Shown: piece after piece, positions 33,391 to 42,347 of the stretch
How the letters are laid out: each line of letters begins with the position of its first letter
Numbering within the stretch: position 1 is the first letter of the stretch
Virus record (IMG/VR): IMGVR_UViG_3300012347_000469
Coordinates: 19,126-83,125 of that record
Length of the DNA stretch: 64,000 nt
Source of the DNA: a virus
Lineage: Duplodnaviria; Caudoviricetes
Reading direction: 5' to 3' (one strand)
Position numbers and translations under genes: made by a program
The notes under the pieces: generated by a model
Seen by the model: the letters and a program-made list of their open reading frames with translations, nothing else
Databases searched by the model: none
Told to the model about the DNA's origin: nothing

Positions 33391-35139
33391 ATGACATGGC
33401 GTAAATATTTTACTCCGGTAAATGCTAAAAATGAATCAAAGTCCTTTAGCCCCTTAGGTAGTAGTCGAGCTGGGCCGGCACGAGCTAACTATTCTAGTTA
33501 CTTACCAGATGTATATGCAGGTAGTCCAAATAGAATTGATCGATATATGCAATATGATACTATGGATATGGACTCCGAAGTAAATGCAGCGTTAGATATT
33601 TTAACAGAATTTTGCACACAAAAAGATAAAGAAAATGGTACACCATTTAATGTATTTTTTAGAGGCCAGCCAACTTCGACTGAAGTTAAACTTATCAAAG
33701 AAAGTTTACAAAAATGGGTTAAATTACAACAATTTGAAACGCGTATCTTTAGAATTGTACGTAATACATTTAAGTACGGCGATTGCTTTTTTGTAAAAGA
33801 TCCAGAAACTAAAAAATGGTTATATGTAGATGCTGCAAAAGTATCTAAGATTATCGTTAACGAATCGACGGGTAAAATTCCAGAACAGTATGTTATTAAG
33901 GATTTAAACTTTAATTTTAAAAATTTAATTGCAACTACCCCTCACGGTACTACTAATACTGCACCAAGCGGAACTAGCAGTTATACTAGTGGCGGTAGCT
34001 TTGGTAGAGGCATGGTCGGAGCTACATCTCAACCAACTGGCACACGATTTGGAAATCAAACAAATGAAGTTACTGTTGATGCTAGCAATGTTATTCATAT
34101 TTCACTATCTGAGGGCCTTGACAATAACTACCCATTTGGTAACTCGTTGCTAGAATCAGTATTTAAAGTTTACAAACAAAAAGAATTACTCGAAGATGCG
34201 ATTATTATCTATCGTATTCAACGTGCACCTGAACGTAGAATTTTTTATATTGACGTAGGTAATATGCCAGCTCACATGGCTATGAGTTTTGTTGAGCGAG
34301 TTAAAAACGAAATTCAACAACGTAGAATTCCTAGTTCAACTGGCGGTGGCACAAGCATGATTGATGCTAGTTATAATCCGTTAAGCGTTAATGAAGATTA
34401 CTTTTTCCCTCAAACTGCTGAAGGTCGTGGTTCAAAAGTTGATACATTGCCAGGCGGCACAAACTTAGGTGAAATTACTGATTTACGATATTTTACAAAT
34501 AAGTTGTTCCGCGCACTCCGCATTCCATCTAGTTACTTGCCTACTGCAATTGAAGAGTCGCCAAATACGGTTGCTGACGGTAAAGTAGGCACTGCTTATA
34601 TTCAAGAATTGCGATTTAACGAGTATTGCAAACGCTTGCAAGCTAGTGTTATCGAAACGTTTGATTTAGAATTCAAGCTATGGTTAGTATCAAATGGTAT
34701 TAACATTGATAGTAGCATTTTTGAATTAAAATTTAATCAACCGCAGAATTTTGCAGCATATCGTCAAGCTGAGCTAGATACCACTCGAGTTAGTGTATTT
34801 TCTAGTTTACAAGAAATCCCACACTTAAGCAAACGTTTTGCAATGAAGCGATTCTTAGGATTAACTCAAGAAGAAATTACCGAAAACGAACGCTTATGGG
34901 GCGAAGAAAACGGTAACAATTTAAAAGTTACTAATACTGACTCAACAGGCGCAATGCGCGGAGCTGGTATTACTCCAGGTGCTATATCTGGCGAAATGGC
35001 TGGACAAAATGCCGAAGCTCCGCTTGATATGGCAGCAGCAGCTGGCGGAATGCCTGGGGGCGAAACTCCACCTCCACCTCCAGGCGCTGGCGGAATGGGT
35101 GGCGGAACACCGCCACCACCAGGTGCACCACCTGCTTAA
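33391..35139 (+). CDS. gp20: Portal protein
   Basis: LLEDAIIIYRIQRAPERRIFYIDVGNMP and EDYFFPQTAEGRGSKVDTLPGG motifs. Confidence 0.96.
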   Translation: MTWRKYFTPVNAKNESKSFSPLGSSRAGPARANYSSYLPDVYAGSPNRIDRYMQYDTMDMDSEVNAALDILTEFCTQKDKENGTPFNVFFRGQPTSTEVKLIKESLQKWVKLQQFETRIFRIVRNTFKYGDCFFVKDPETKKWLYVDAAKVSKIIVNESTGKIPEQYVIKDLNFNFKNLIATTPHGTTNTAPSGTSSYTSGGSFGRGMVGATSQPTGTRFGNQTNEVTVDASNVIHISLSEGLDNNYPFGNSLLESVFKVYKQKELLEDAIIIYRIQRAPERRIFYIDVGNMPAHMAMSFVERVKNEIQQRRIPSSTGGGTSMIDASYNPLSVNEDYFFPQTAEGRGSKVDTLPGGTNLGEITDLRYFTNKLFRALRIPSSYLPTAIEESPNTVADGKVGTAYIQELRFNEYCKRLQASVIETFDLEFKLWLVSNGINIDSSIFELKFNQPQNFAAYRQAELDTTRVSVFSSLQEIPHLSKRFAMKRFLGLTQEEITENERLWGEENGNNLKVTNTDSTGAMRGAGITPGAISGEMAGQNAEAPLDMAAAAGGMPGGETPPPPPGAGGMGGGTPPPPGAPPA

Positions 35140-35154
35140 AGGGATAAATAACTG

Positions 35155-35397
35155 ATGCAATTACTAGAATTTATGTACGTTCGAGATAGTATTAACGATT
35201 TTGCAAATGATCGTAGATACTCTGGCGAATCTGATCAATCCGTATTAAAATCGTCTGATAAAAGAAAACTTAGATTAACGCTGCGCCAAATTAATAAATT
35301 GCGCCTGCAATCTGAAGCACATGATGCCGAAAACGAATCTGAAAAAGATTTTATCAAGCAGATGTACGGCCAACCGCCGAAAGAGCCAGGTGCATAA
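35155..35397 (+). CDS. Small conserved head-operon protein, 80 aa
   Basis: ORF directly after the portal gene, preceded by ATAAATA; RKLRLTLRQINKLR motif. Confidence 0.7.
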   Translation: MQLLEFMYVRDSINDFANDRRYSGESDQSVLKSSDKRKLRLTLRQINKLRLQSEAHDAENESEKDFIKQMYGQPPKEPGA

Positions 35398-35986
35398 TAC
35401 AGCATTTGTATTAGGTAACGGGCGTAGTAGGTTAAATGTAGATTTAACCTTGCTATCACCTCGCGGAGATACTTATGCATGTAACGCAATATATAGAGAA
35501 TTCGAACCTGATTATTTAGTTGCAGTTGATGTTAAAATGATTAACGAAATTGTAGCATCGGGTTACCACAATACTCACTCTGTTTGGACTAATCCAAATA
35601 AAGGAGTTACTGCAAAAACTAATATAAATTTTTTTAATCCTCATAAAGGCTGGAGCTCGGGGCCAACAGCCTTATGGTTTGCTGCATCTAAAGGATATAA
35701 GCAAATTTTTATATTAGGATTTGACTATCAAGGCATTGGTGGTAAATTTAATAACGTATATGCTGATACATTTAACTACAAAAAAAGTTCGGATGTAGCC
35801 ACATTTCATGGAAATTGGCTAACTCAAACAGATAAAGTTGTTAAAGAGTTTCGGTCTACTAAGTTTGTTAGAGTAATTCAAGAAAATTCGTTTTTACCGG
35901 ATCAGCTATCGTCGGTACATCATCCAAATTTGAAACATATAGGATATACAGAATTTATTGCAACTTTATCTAACGAAATTAAGTAA
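35390..35986 (+). CDS. Maf/DUF115/CstII-like putative glycosyltransferase
   Basis: AFVLGNGRSR, YACNAIY, WSSGPTA...GYKQIFILGFDY motifs. GTG start at 35390 overlaps the previous gene's end (ORF track start 35321). Confidence 0.6.
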   Translation: MHNTAFVLGNGRSRLNVDLTLLSPRGDTYACNAIYREFEPDYLVAVDVKMINEIVASGYHNTHSVWTNPNKGVTAKTNINFFNPHKGWSSGPTALWFAASKGYKQIFILGFDYQGIGGKFNNVYADTFNYKKSSDVATFHGNWLTQTDKVVKEFRSTKFVRVIQENSFLPDQLSSVHHPNLKHIGYTEFIATLSNEIK

Positions 35987-36081
35987 ATTAAAAATTAGTC
36001 AAAAACCCCCCATTTTAAGCTAAAAATTAAATATACACTTAAATATAACACGACAGCCTTACGTAATAGGGAGAATATAAA

Positions 36082-36948
36082 ATGGCAAGAAGTAGTTTAA
36101 TTGAGCAAATGCTCGAATACTTAGTTAATGACGATGCACAAAAAGCAGAAGAGTTGTTTCATGAATATGTAGTAAAACAATCTCGCGAAATTTACGAAAA
36201 TCTTATCGAATCTGAAATGCATGGCATGGATGAAGAAGATCAAGAAGATGATATGGACGAAGCATTCGGTGACGAAGGTCCTATGGACTTAGACAGCGAA
36301 GATCCAACTGATGATTTAGCCGGCGACATGGGCGATGACGACATGGGCGGTATGGATGATCTAGGTGACGACGAAGAAGATGAAAGCGAAGGCGATCTAT
36401 ATCAAGATTTAGAATCAATCATTGACGATTTACAATCTAAATTTGACGAATTAAAAGCTCACGATGCTGATGAAATTGGCGACGATGGCATGGACGACTT
36501 AGGTGACGACGATGGCATGGACGACTTAGGTGACGACGATGGCATGGACGACAAAATGATGGATAATTACAATCATTCCACTTTTCGTGAATATGTAGAA
36601 CGTGTACCAGCAGGTCACGGTGCAGAAAGAAAAGGTCAAGCTGAAAAATCTGACAAATCTGCATCAGGTTTAAAATTTAATAAAAACGACATGGGCGGCA
36701 CAACAGCTAACATTTTAAGCGGACGCAATGGTGCAGATGCTGGCGAATGGGGCACACGTGGCGGTCAGTTAAAAGGTAACGGTTTGCTTAAAGGCGGACC
36801 AAAAGAAATGAATACCGGCAACTTAAACAAAGTTGGTGGATTTAAAGGTGATGCATACAAGAAAAACGGTTCCGGTCACGGAGCTGAAAAGAAAGGTGCT
36901 GCTGAAGGATCTACAGACGGTCAAAGTCTTTTCCGCGGTCGCAGGTAA
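36082..36948 (+). CDS. Acidic prohead core/scaffold-like protein
   Basis: Very Asp/Glu-rich; lies between portal and protease like T4 gp67/68; GGGAG RBS. Confidence 0.6.
   Translation: MARSSLIEQMLEYLVNDDAQKAEELFHEYVVKQSREIYENLIESEMHGMDEEDQEDDMDEAFGDEGPMDLDSEDPTDDLAGDMGDDDMGGMDDLGDDEEDESEGDLYQDLESIIDDLQSKFDELKAHDADEIGDDGMDDLGDDDGMDDLGDDDGMDDKMMDNYNHSTFREYVERVPAGHGAERKGQAEKSDKSASGLKFNKNDMGGTTANILSGRNGADAGEWGTRGGQLKGNGLLKGGPKEMNTGNLNKVGGFKGDAYKKNGSGHGAEKKGAAEGSTDGQSLFRGRR
36478..36552 (+). repeat. 27-nt tandem repeat (~2.7 copies; DDGMDDLGD)
   Basis: gacgatggcatggacgacttaggtgac units. Confidence 0.9.
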
Positions 36949-36957
36949 TAGGTTAAG

Positions 36958-37590
36958 ATGATGAAAGCTACCCTTTCAGAACACTTGAGTTTTGATCAGG
37001 CTAAGATTGTCTTGGAGCGAGATGAAGGTGCAGACGGCAAAAAGTCCCTGCACTTAAATGGTATTTGCATTCAGGGTGATATTCGGAATGCAAATCAACG
37101 CGTTTATTCTTCTCAAGAAATTGGCAGGGCTGTCAAGACGCTCAACGAACAGATCTCTGGCGGATACTCCGTACTGGGAGAAGTAGATCATCCACAGGAT
37201 TTAAAAATCAACCTAGATCGTGTTAGTCACATGATTACAAAAATGTGGATGGACGGTCCAAACGGCTACGGAAAACTAAAATTACTCCCCACTCCAATGG
37301 GTCAGCTAGTGCAGACTATGTTAGAGTCGGGAGTTAAACTTGGTGTGTCAAGCAGAGGCTCAGGAGAAGTAGATGGCAGTGGTAATGTTCAAGGCTTTGA
37401 AATTATTACAGTTGACGTCGTTGCTCAACCGAGTGCGCCTGGTGCTTACCCTACACCAGTATATGAACATCTTATGAATAATAAAGGTGGTTATCAGGCA
37501 TATAAAGTGGCAACTGAAGTTAAAGGCGACCCTAAGGCACAGAAATACATAGCAGAGAGCTTGATGAAGATCATCAAGGGACTCAAATAA
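36958..37590 (+). CDS. gp21: Prohead core protease
   Basis: NANQRVYS, LGEVDHP and KLGVSSRGSG motifs. Confidence 0.95.
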   Translation: MMKATLSEHLSFDQAKIVLERDEGADGKKSLHLNGICIQGDIRNANQRVYSSQEIGRAVKTLNEQISGGYSVLGEVDHPQDLKINLDRVSHMITKMWMDGPNGYGKLKLLPTPMGQLVQTMLESGVKLGVSSRGSGEVDGSGNVQGFEIITVDVVAQPSAPGAYPTPVYEHLMNNKGGYQAYKVATEVKGDPKAQKYIAESLMKIIKGLK

Positions 37591-37603
37591 TAAGGAGAAT
37601 CAC

Positions 37604-38740
37604 ATGCTAAATTTCGTTAAACAACTATTTGAAAACAATGTGATTTCCGAGGATACAAAATCGGAGATTGAAACTGCTTGGGAAAGTAGAATTCAAGAAA
37701 ACCGCATTCAAGTCACAAGTGAGCTACGCGAGTCAATCTCGGCGAATCTCCGTGAAGAATTTGCACAAAAATACGAACATGATAAAACCGCAATGGTTGA
37801 AGCTGTCGAAACTATGTTAGCTGATCGTTTACACGCTGAGTTAAAAGAGTTTGCCGGTGACCGTCAAGGACTTATCGAAGCTCGTGCTAAGTATGCTAAA
37901 AAAATGAAACACGATTCTAAAGCAATGGAATCATTCGTTCTCAGCAACTTACAAAATGAATTGGCAGAATTACACGAAGATCGTAAAGCAGTAGCTGATA
38001 ACATGGCTAAATTAGAATCATTTATTGTAGACACACTTTCGAAAGAAATTGCAGAATTCTACGCAGACAAGCGTGACTTAGCTGAAACTAAAGTTAAATT
38101 AGTTAAAGAAAGTCGTGTTAAGTTTGATAAATTAAAATCTAATTTTGTCAATCATAGTGCTCGAATCGTAGAGTCAGTAGTTACTCAGGGGTTAACCCGT
38201 GAAATGACACAGCTCCGCGAAGATATCGAAGCTTCACGTAAAAATGATTTTGGACGCAGACTTTTTGAATCTTTTGCAAGCGAATATGCTGCTAGCCACT
38301 TAAATGAGAAATCAGAAACAGCTAGACTTTTAAAAATTGTTAAACAAAAAGAACAAGAGTTAGAAGAAGCAGCACGTATTGTTGCAGATACACAAAAATT
38401 GGTAGAATCCAGAAATACACAGCTTAAAATCGCTAAAGATATTGCAGAACGCAAAGAAATCTTAGGTGAATTGTTAGGTCCGCTAAGTGGTGAAAAGCGC
38501 ACAGTCATGCGCCAACTACTAGAGTCTGTCCAAACAGAACGTTTACATTCTGCGTACGACAAGTACTTACCAACTGTGATTGATGGTGGAACATCTTCTA
38601 CACCTAGAAGAAAAGAATCTTTAGTTGAATCTAAAGAAAGCAAAGCAATTACAGGCAATAAACAGGCACAAACAGTCGGCGGCGAAGATAAAGCTGCTGA
38701 AATATTTGACATCCGCAGGCTTGCGGGATTAAAAGTTTAA
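37604..38740 (+). CDS. gp22: Prohead scaffolding protein
   Basis: Coiled-coil protein between protease and major capsid gene; FGRRLFESFASEY motif. Confidence 0.85.
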   Translation: MLNFVKQLFENNVISEDTKSEIETAWESRIQENRIQVTSELRESISANLREEFAQKYEHDKTAMVEAVETMLADRLHAELKEFAGDRQGLIEARAKYAKKMKHDSKAMESFVLSNLQNELAELHEDRKAVADNMAKLESFIVDTLSKEIAEFYADKRDLAETKVKLVKESRVKFDKLKSNFVNHSARIVESVVTQGLTREMTQLREDIEASRKNDFGRRLFESFASEYAASHLNEKSETARLLKIVKQKEQELEEAARIVADTQKLVESRNTQLKIAKDIAERKEILGELLGPLSGEKRTVMRQLLESVQTERLHSAYDKYLPTVIDGGTSSTPRRKESLVESKESKAITGNKQAQTVGGEDKAAEIFDIRRLAGLKV

Positions 38741-38751
38741 GGAGAACATAA

Positions 38752-39924
38752 ATGTCACAATTACTCGAGTCACGCTGGGCGGAGACAAAAGACGCACTAT
38801 TAGAAGGTCTTCAAGGTAACAAACGTACAGTTATGGCAACTACTCTAGAGAATACCCGTAAGTATCTCGCAGAAAGTGCCACAGCTGGTGCAACTTCCGC
38901 TGGTAATGTTGCAACACTTAATCGTGTTATTTTACCAGTTATTCGTCGTGTTATGCCAACCGTTATCGCTAACGAATTAGTTGGGGTTCAACCAATGACC
39001 GGTCCAATCGGCCAAATCCATACACTTCGTGTACGTTATTCAGACAATTTCGATAGTACTTCTGGTACTGACGTATCTGCTGGTGACGAAGCATTAAGTC
39101 CATTCAAAATTGCAGAAGGCTATTCTGGTGCAGCAAACGACAAAGCAGCTTCTACAGCAGCTCTTGAAGGTCGTGCTGGTAACAAATTAAGCATCCAAAT
39201 TTTGAAACAAACAGTTGAAGCAAAAACACGTAAGTTAAGCGCACGCTGGACATTCGAAGCTGCTCAAGATGCACAAGCCCAACAAGGTATTGACATCGAA
39301 GCAGAAATTATGGCTGCTTTAGCACAAGAAATTACTGCTGAGATTGATCAAGAAGTTATTGCTTCTTTGATGAACTTAGCTGGTACTGCTGCATTAACAT
39401 ACGAACAAGATAAAGTATCTGGCGTTGCTACATTCGTAGGTGACGAGCATGCTGCTTTGGCTGTTCAAATCAACCGCGTATCTAACTTGATCGCTCAGCG
39501 TACACGTCGTGGTGCTGGTAACTATGCTGTTGTTTCTCCAACAGTATTAACATTGTTACAATCTGCTACTACTAGTGCGTTTGCTCGTACAACAGAAGGT
39601 ACTTTTGAAGCTCCTACAAATACAAAATTTGTTGGTACATTAAACAGTGCAATGAAAGTGTATGTAAACGGTTATGCTACAAGCGACGACGTTTTAATTG
39701 GTTATAAAGGTTCTAGCGAATCTGATGCACCAGCATTCTACTGCCCATACATTCCTTTGATGTCAAGCGGTGTTGTTTTAGATCCGTCAACATTTGAGCC
39801 AGTAGTTAGCTTTATGACCCGTTATGGCTACGTCGAATTGACTAATACTGCATCATCTTTAGGTAATGCAGCTGATTACTTAGGTAAAGTTGCTGTTGTT
39901 TCTTCAGCATTACGTTTTGCTTAA
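38752..39924 (+). CDS. gp23: Major capsid protein
   Basis: ELVGVQPMTGP.GQIHTLRVRY, VEAKTRKLSARWTFEAAQD, FYCPYIPL and FMTRYGY motifs. Confidence 0.97.
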   Translation: MSQLLESRWAETKDALLEGLQGNKRTVMATTLENTRKYLAESATAGATSAGNVATLNRVILPVIRRVMPTVIANELVGVQPMTGPIGQIHTLRVRYSDNFDSTSGTDVSAGDEALSPFKIAEGYSGAANDKAASTAALEGRAGNKLSIQILKQTVEAKTRKLSARWTFEAAQDAQAQQGIDIEAEIMAALAQEITAEIDQEVIASLMNLAGTAALTYEQDKVSGVATFVGDEHAALAVQINRVSNLIAQRTRRGAGNYAVVSPTVLTLLQSATTSAFARTTEGTFEAPTNTKFVGTLNSAMKVYVNGYATSDDVLIGYKGSSESDAPAFYCPYIPLMSSGVVLDPSTFEPVVSFMTRYGYVELTNTASSLGNAADYLGKVAVVSSALRFA

Positions 39925-39949
39925 TTAATTTTAATAGTTGATTTATAAT

Positions 39950-39975
39950 AAAGGGCCGCAAGGCCCTTTTTTGTT
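39950..39975 (+). terminator. Rho-independent terminator after the major capsid gene
   Basis: AAAGGGCC-GCAA-GGCCCTTT followed by a T run. Confidence 0.9.
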
Positions 39976-40056
39976 GACTATAATTATATAAATATAAAGA
40001 TATTGTGTTAGTATTATAATTTTATTTCTAACATACTCATTAACATAAAGGATTGT

Positions 40057-40398
40057 ATGGATAATTTTGTGCTATCAATTTCAGATTTAATTTCAACCTT
40101 GCAAGATTTATTAGAATCTATCGACCAAGTTCCAGAAAATGCGTTGCAAGAGCTAGTATATGACCTGTCAGGAGAAACTATTGACCCTACTGCTGACTCA
40201 TTATCAAACTTAATAAATTACTTGGAAACTAATAAAGATGATTTAGAAGCCCAAGCATTTAAAAATGTAGTAATTGATAACATCCATCGTCAGTTAGAAG
40301 AACTAGAGGTACAGGACATTATGCAATTTCCTGATGAACAAGCGTTACTTGATAATGAGAACAGTGAAGCTATTTTAATATCAGAAGATGATCAATAA
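40057..40398 (+). CDS. Hypothetical acidic protein, 113 aa
   Basis: AAGGA RBS; TATAAATA at 39987-39994. Confidence 0.7.
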   Translation: MDNFVLSISDLISTLQDLLESIDQVPENALQELVYDLSGETIDPTADSLSNLINYLETNKDDLEAQAFKNVVIDNIHRQLEELEVQDIMQFPDEQALLDNENSEAILISEDDQ

Positions 40399-40476
40399 TT
40401 TAAATTTAATAACTGCTGAAAACTAGAATCAATGACAACATTAAGCCGATGATAAATACTATATCATAAATTAGGA

Positions 40477-40536
40477 CTGCAAACTCGTGCAGGCTTATGC
40501 GGTAACCCACCGCGTATGATCTAGAAAATCAAGGAG
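40477..40536 (+). promoter_or_regulatory. Structured 5' leader (two or three hairpins) ahead of the 40544 gene
   Basis: CTGCA/TGCAG and TATGCGGT/ACCGCGTA stems between late promoter ATAAATA (40452-40458) and the AGGAG RBS. Confidence 0.5.
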
Positions 40537-40543
40537 AAAACAA

Positions 40544-40936
40544 ATGGGACGTCCTTTAAGAAAAGATTCATTCGGTACAGATACAATTGGTACACCGGCT
40601 AGTACAGCAACTGGTATTACAATTGCATTTCATGACGGTTCAGCATTACGTACTGACGGTATTATTATCAAACAACGCGGAGCCAGAACATTCGTAGTTG
40701 CTCGCATAGGAACACCGGGTACACGATTTACATGTGTTACCCAATCAGGTACACCTAGTGCAGCAGGACAAATGCGATTAGTCGGATTTACTGCACAAGG
40801 TCAATCAGCTGATAACGGAGCAGTTGCTATTCGCAAAATTACAAAGCGTGTAGCATTTGATTTTAGCGGAAATCGATACACATGGAAATTAGAAAACGAT
40901 TCGTCCTCAGACTATATTGTTTTGACACAATTCTAA
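40544..40936 (+). CDS. Small virion structural protein, 130 aa
   Basis: Strong AGGAG RBS; first gene of the late operon leading to the tail fibre genes. Confidence 0.7.
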   Translation: MGRPLRKDSFGTDTIGTPASTATGITIAFHDGSALRTDGIIIKQRGARTFVVARIGTPGTRFTCVTQSGTPSAAGQMRLVGFTAQGQSADNGAVAIRKITKRVAFDFSGNRYTWKLENDSSSDYIVLTQF

Positions 40937-40949
40937 TCTAGGAGATTAT

Positions 40950-42002
40950 ATGGGACAAGTTGTTCAAGTTAACGGCGACTATGCTATTAAGACTGCCGAA
41001 GGCGGCTCTATTGTACTCAACACCGGTACTAACGTAGGAACAGTTACAGTTACTGGTAATTTAGTAGTTACCGGTGAATCGTTTACTGTATCTGCTAGTA
41101 ATCTCGATGTTGAAGATAACATTATTAAAATAAACAACGGAGAAACTGGTGCAGGTGTAACACTAAACTATGCCGGGTTGCAAGTTGATAGAGGGTCGTT
41201 GTCTGCAGCATCATTGTTGTATGATGAAATTACTGATGCATGGCTAATTGCCCAAGGTACTGCATTGTCGTCATTTAATTATACAAATAGTAATCTAAGA
41301 CTTCGAACAATTTTAACTAATTCTGTAACAGATAATGGTGACTTAACATTAATTGGTGCAGGTGCTGGAGTAGTTAAAGTCATCGGTACTGTTGATTATG
41401 AAGATAATGTTACAGATGACGACGACATTCCGAATAAAAAGTATGTTGATCGTACAATTTTAAGAGCACCGGCATTTCAAATCAGGGCACCGTTATCGAC
41501 TCCACCAGTTGACGGTCAAGGTGATACTCGAGTTGTTGTTTTTGATTCGGCGTCAGAACCACTCGACCCATTCTTTTTTCCAATTGGGCCATATACTACC
41601 GATCCTACGAATAGTGAAATTGCATTTATTGTTAACGATCGCCGTGTTGCACTAATTACTGAATCTCAATTTCAAATGAGAGGTATTTCGATATTTCCAG
41701 AAGATAATCGCGGAAATGATATTGTTGGAGTACCGATATCTCAAGCAGTTACTATTCAAGCTACTGAAACTAATACAAACATTAAATTAGAAACTAATGG
41801 AACTGGTAAAGTACAAGTAACTTATGCAATGCAATTTGATACAGTTGCTCCTGAAGTTGTACCAGCAGCATTGTCTGCTACTACGGTATTGTATAGCGGA
41901 GTCCCTACAGGCGGAGGCACTGGTCTATATGCAGTAAATACTGTTAATAGAGATGAATTAGTGTTACACAAACGAGCACTTCTATACAGTATGATTTTTT
42001 AA
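40950..42002 (+). CDS. Putative tail-fibre-associated structural protein
   Basis: Beta-rich VTVTGNLVVTG...LDVEDNIIKIN.GETGAGVT segment; fibre operon context. Confidence 0.6.
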   Translation: MGQVVQVNGDYAIKTAEGGSIVLNTGTNVGTVTVTGNLVVTGESFTVSASNLDVEDNIIKINNGETGAGVTLNYAGLQVDRGSLSAASLLYDEITDAWLIAQGTALSSFNYTNSNLRLRTILTNSVTDNGDLTLIGAGAGVVKVIGTVDYEDNVTDDDDIPNKKYVDRTILRAPAFQIRAPLSTPPVDGQGDTRVVVFDSASEPLDPFFFPIGPYTTDPTNSEIAFIVNDRRVALITESQFQMRGISIFPEDNRGNDIVGVPISQAVTIQATETNTNIKLETNGTGKVQVTYAMQFDTVAPEVVPAALSATTVLYSGVPTGGGTGLYAVNTVNRDELVLHKRALLYSMIF

Positions 42003-42011
42003 GAGACAAAC

Positions 42012-42347
42012 ATGGCTATATCAAATACTAGATTATCAACATCCGCACTAACTTCTGTGTATATTAGTTCGGGAAATAATGCAATTACTACGATTATTGC
42101 ATGCAACACAGGCACTCCAAATATTACCGACGAAACTGTTAATGCAAGCACATTAACGTTGTACTTTATCCCTAAAGATGGAGTAGCTAGCGATTCGACA
42201 ACTGTAATTAAAAATGTAATTGTACCAGCTGGAGAGACTATTTTCTTCTCCGATGAAAAAGTTATTCTTAGTGATGGCGATTTTATTAGTGCAACTGCCG
42301 GAACTGGTAATTTAATTACGATGACAGTGAGTGCATTACCAGTATGA
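42012..42347 (+). CDS. Small structural protein, 111 aa
   Basis: Beta-rich ORF tightly packed in the operon. Confidence 0.65.
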   Translation: MAISNTRLSTSALTSVYISSGNNAITTIIACNTGTPNITDETVNASTLTLYFIPKDGVASDSTTVIKNVIVPAGETIFFSDEKVILSDGDFISATAGTGNLITMTVSALPV

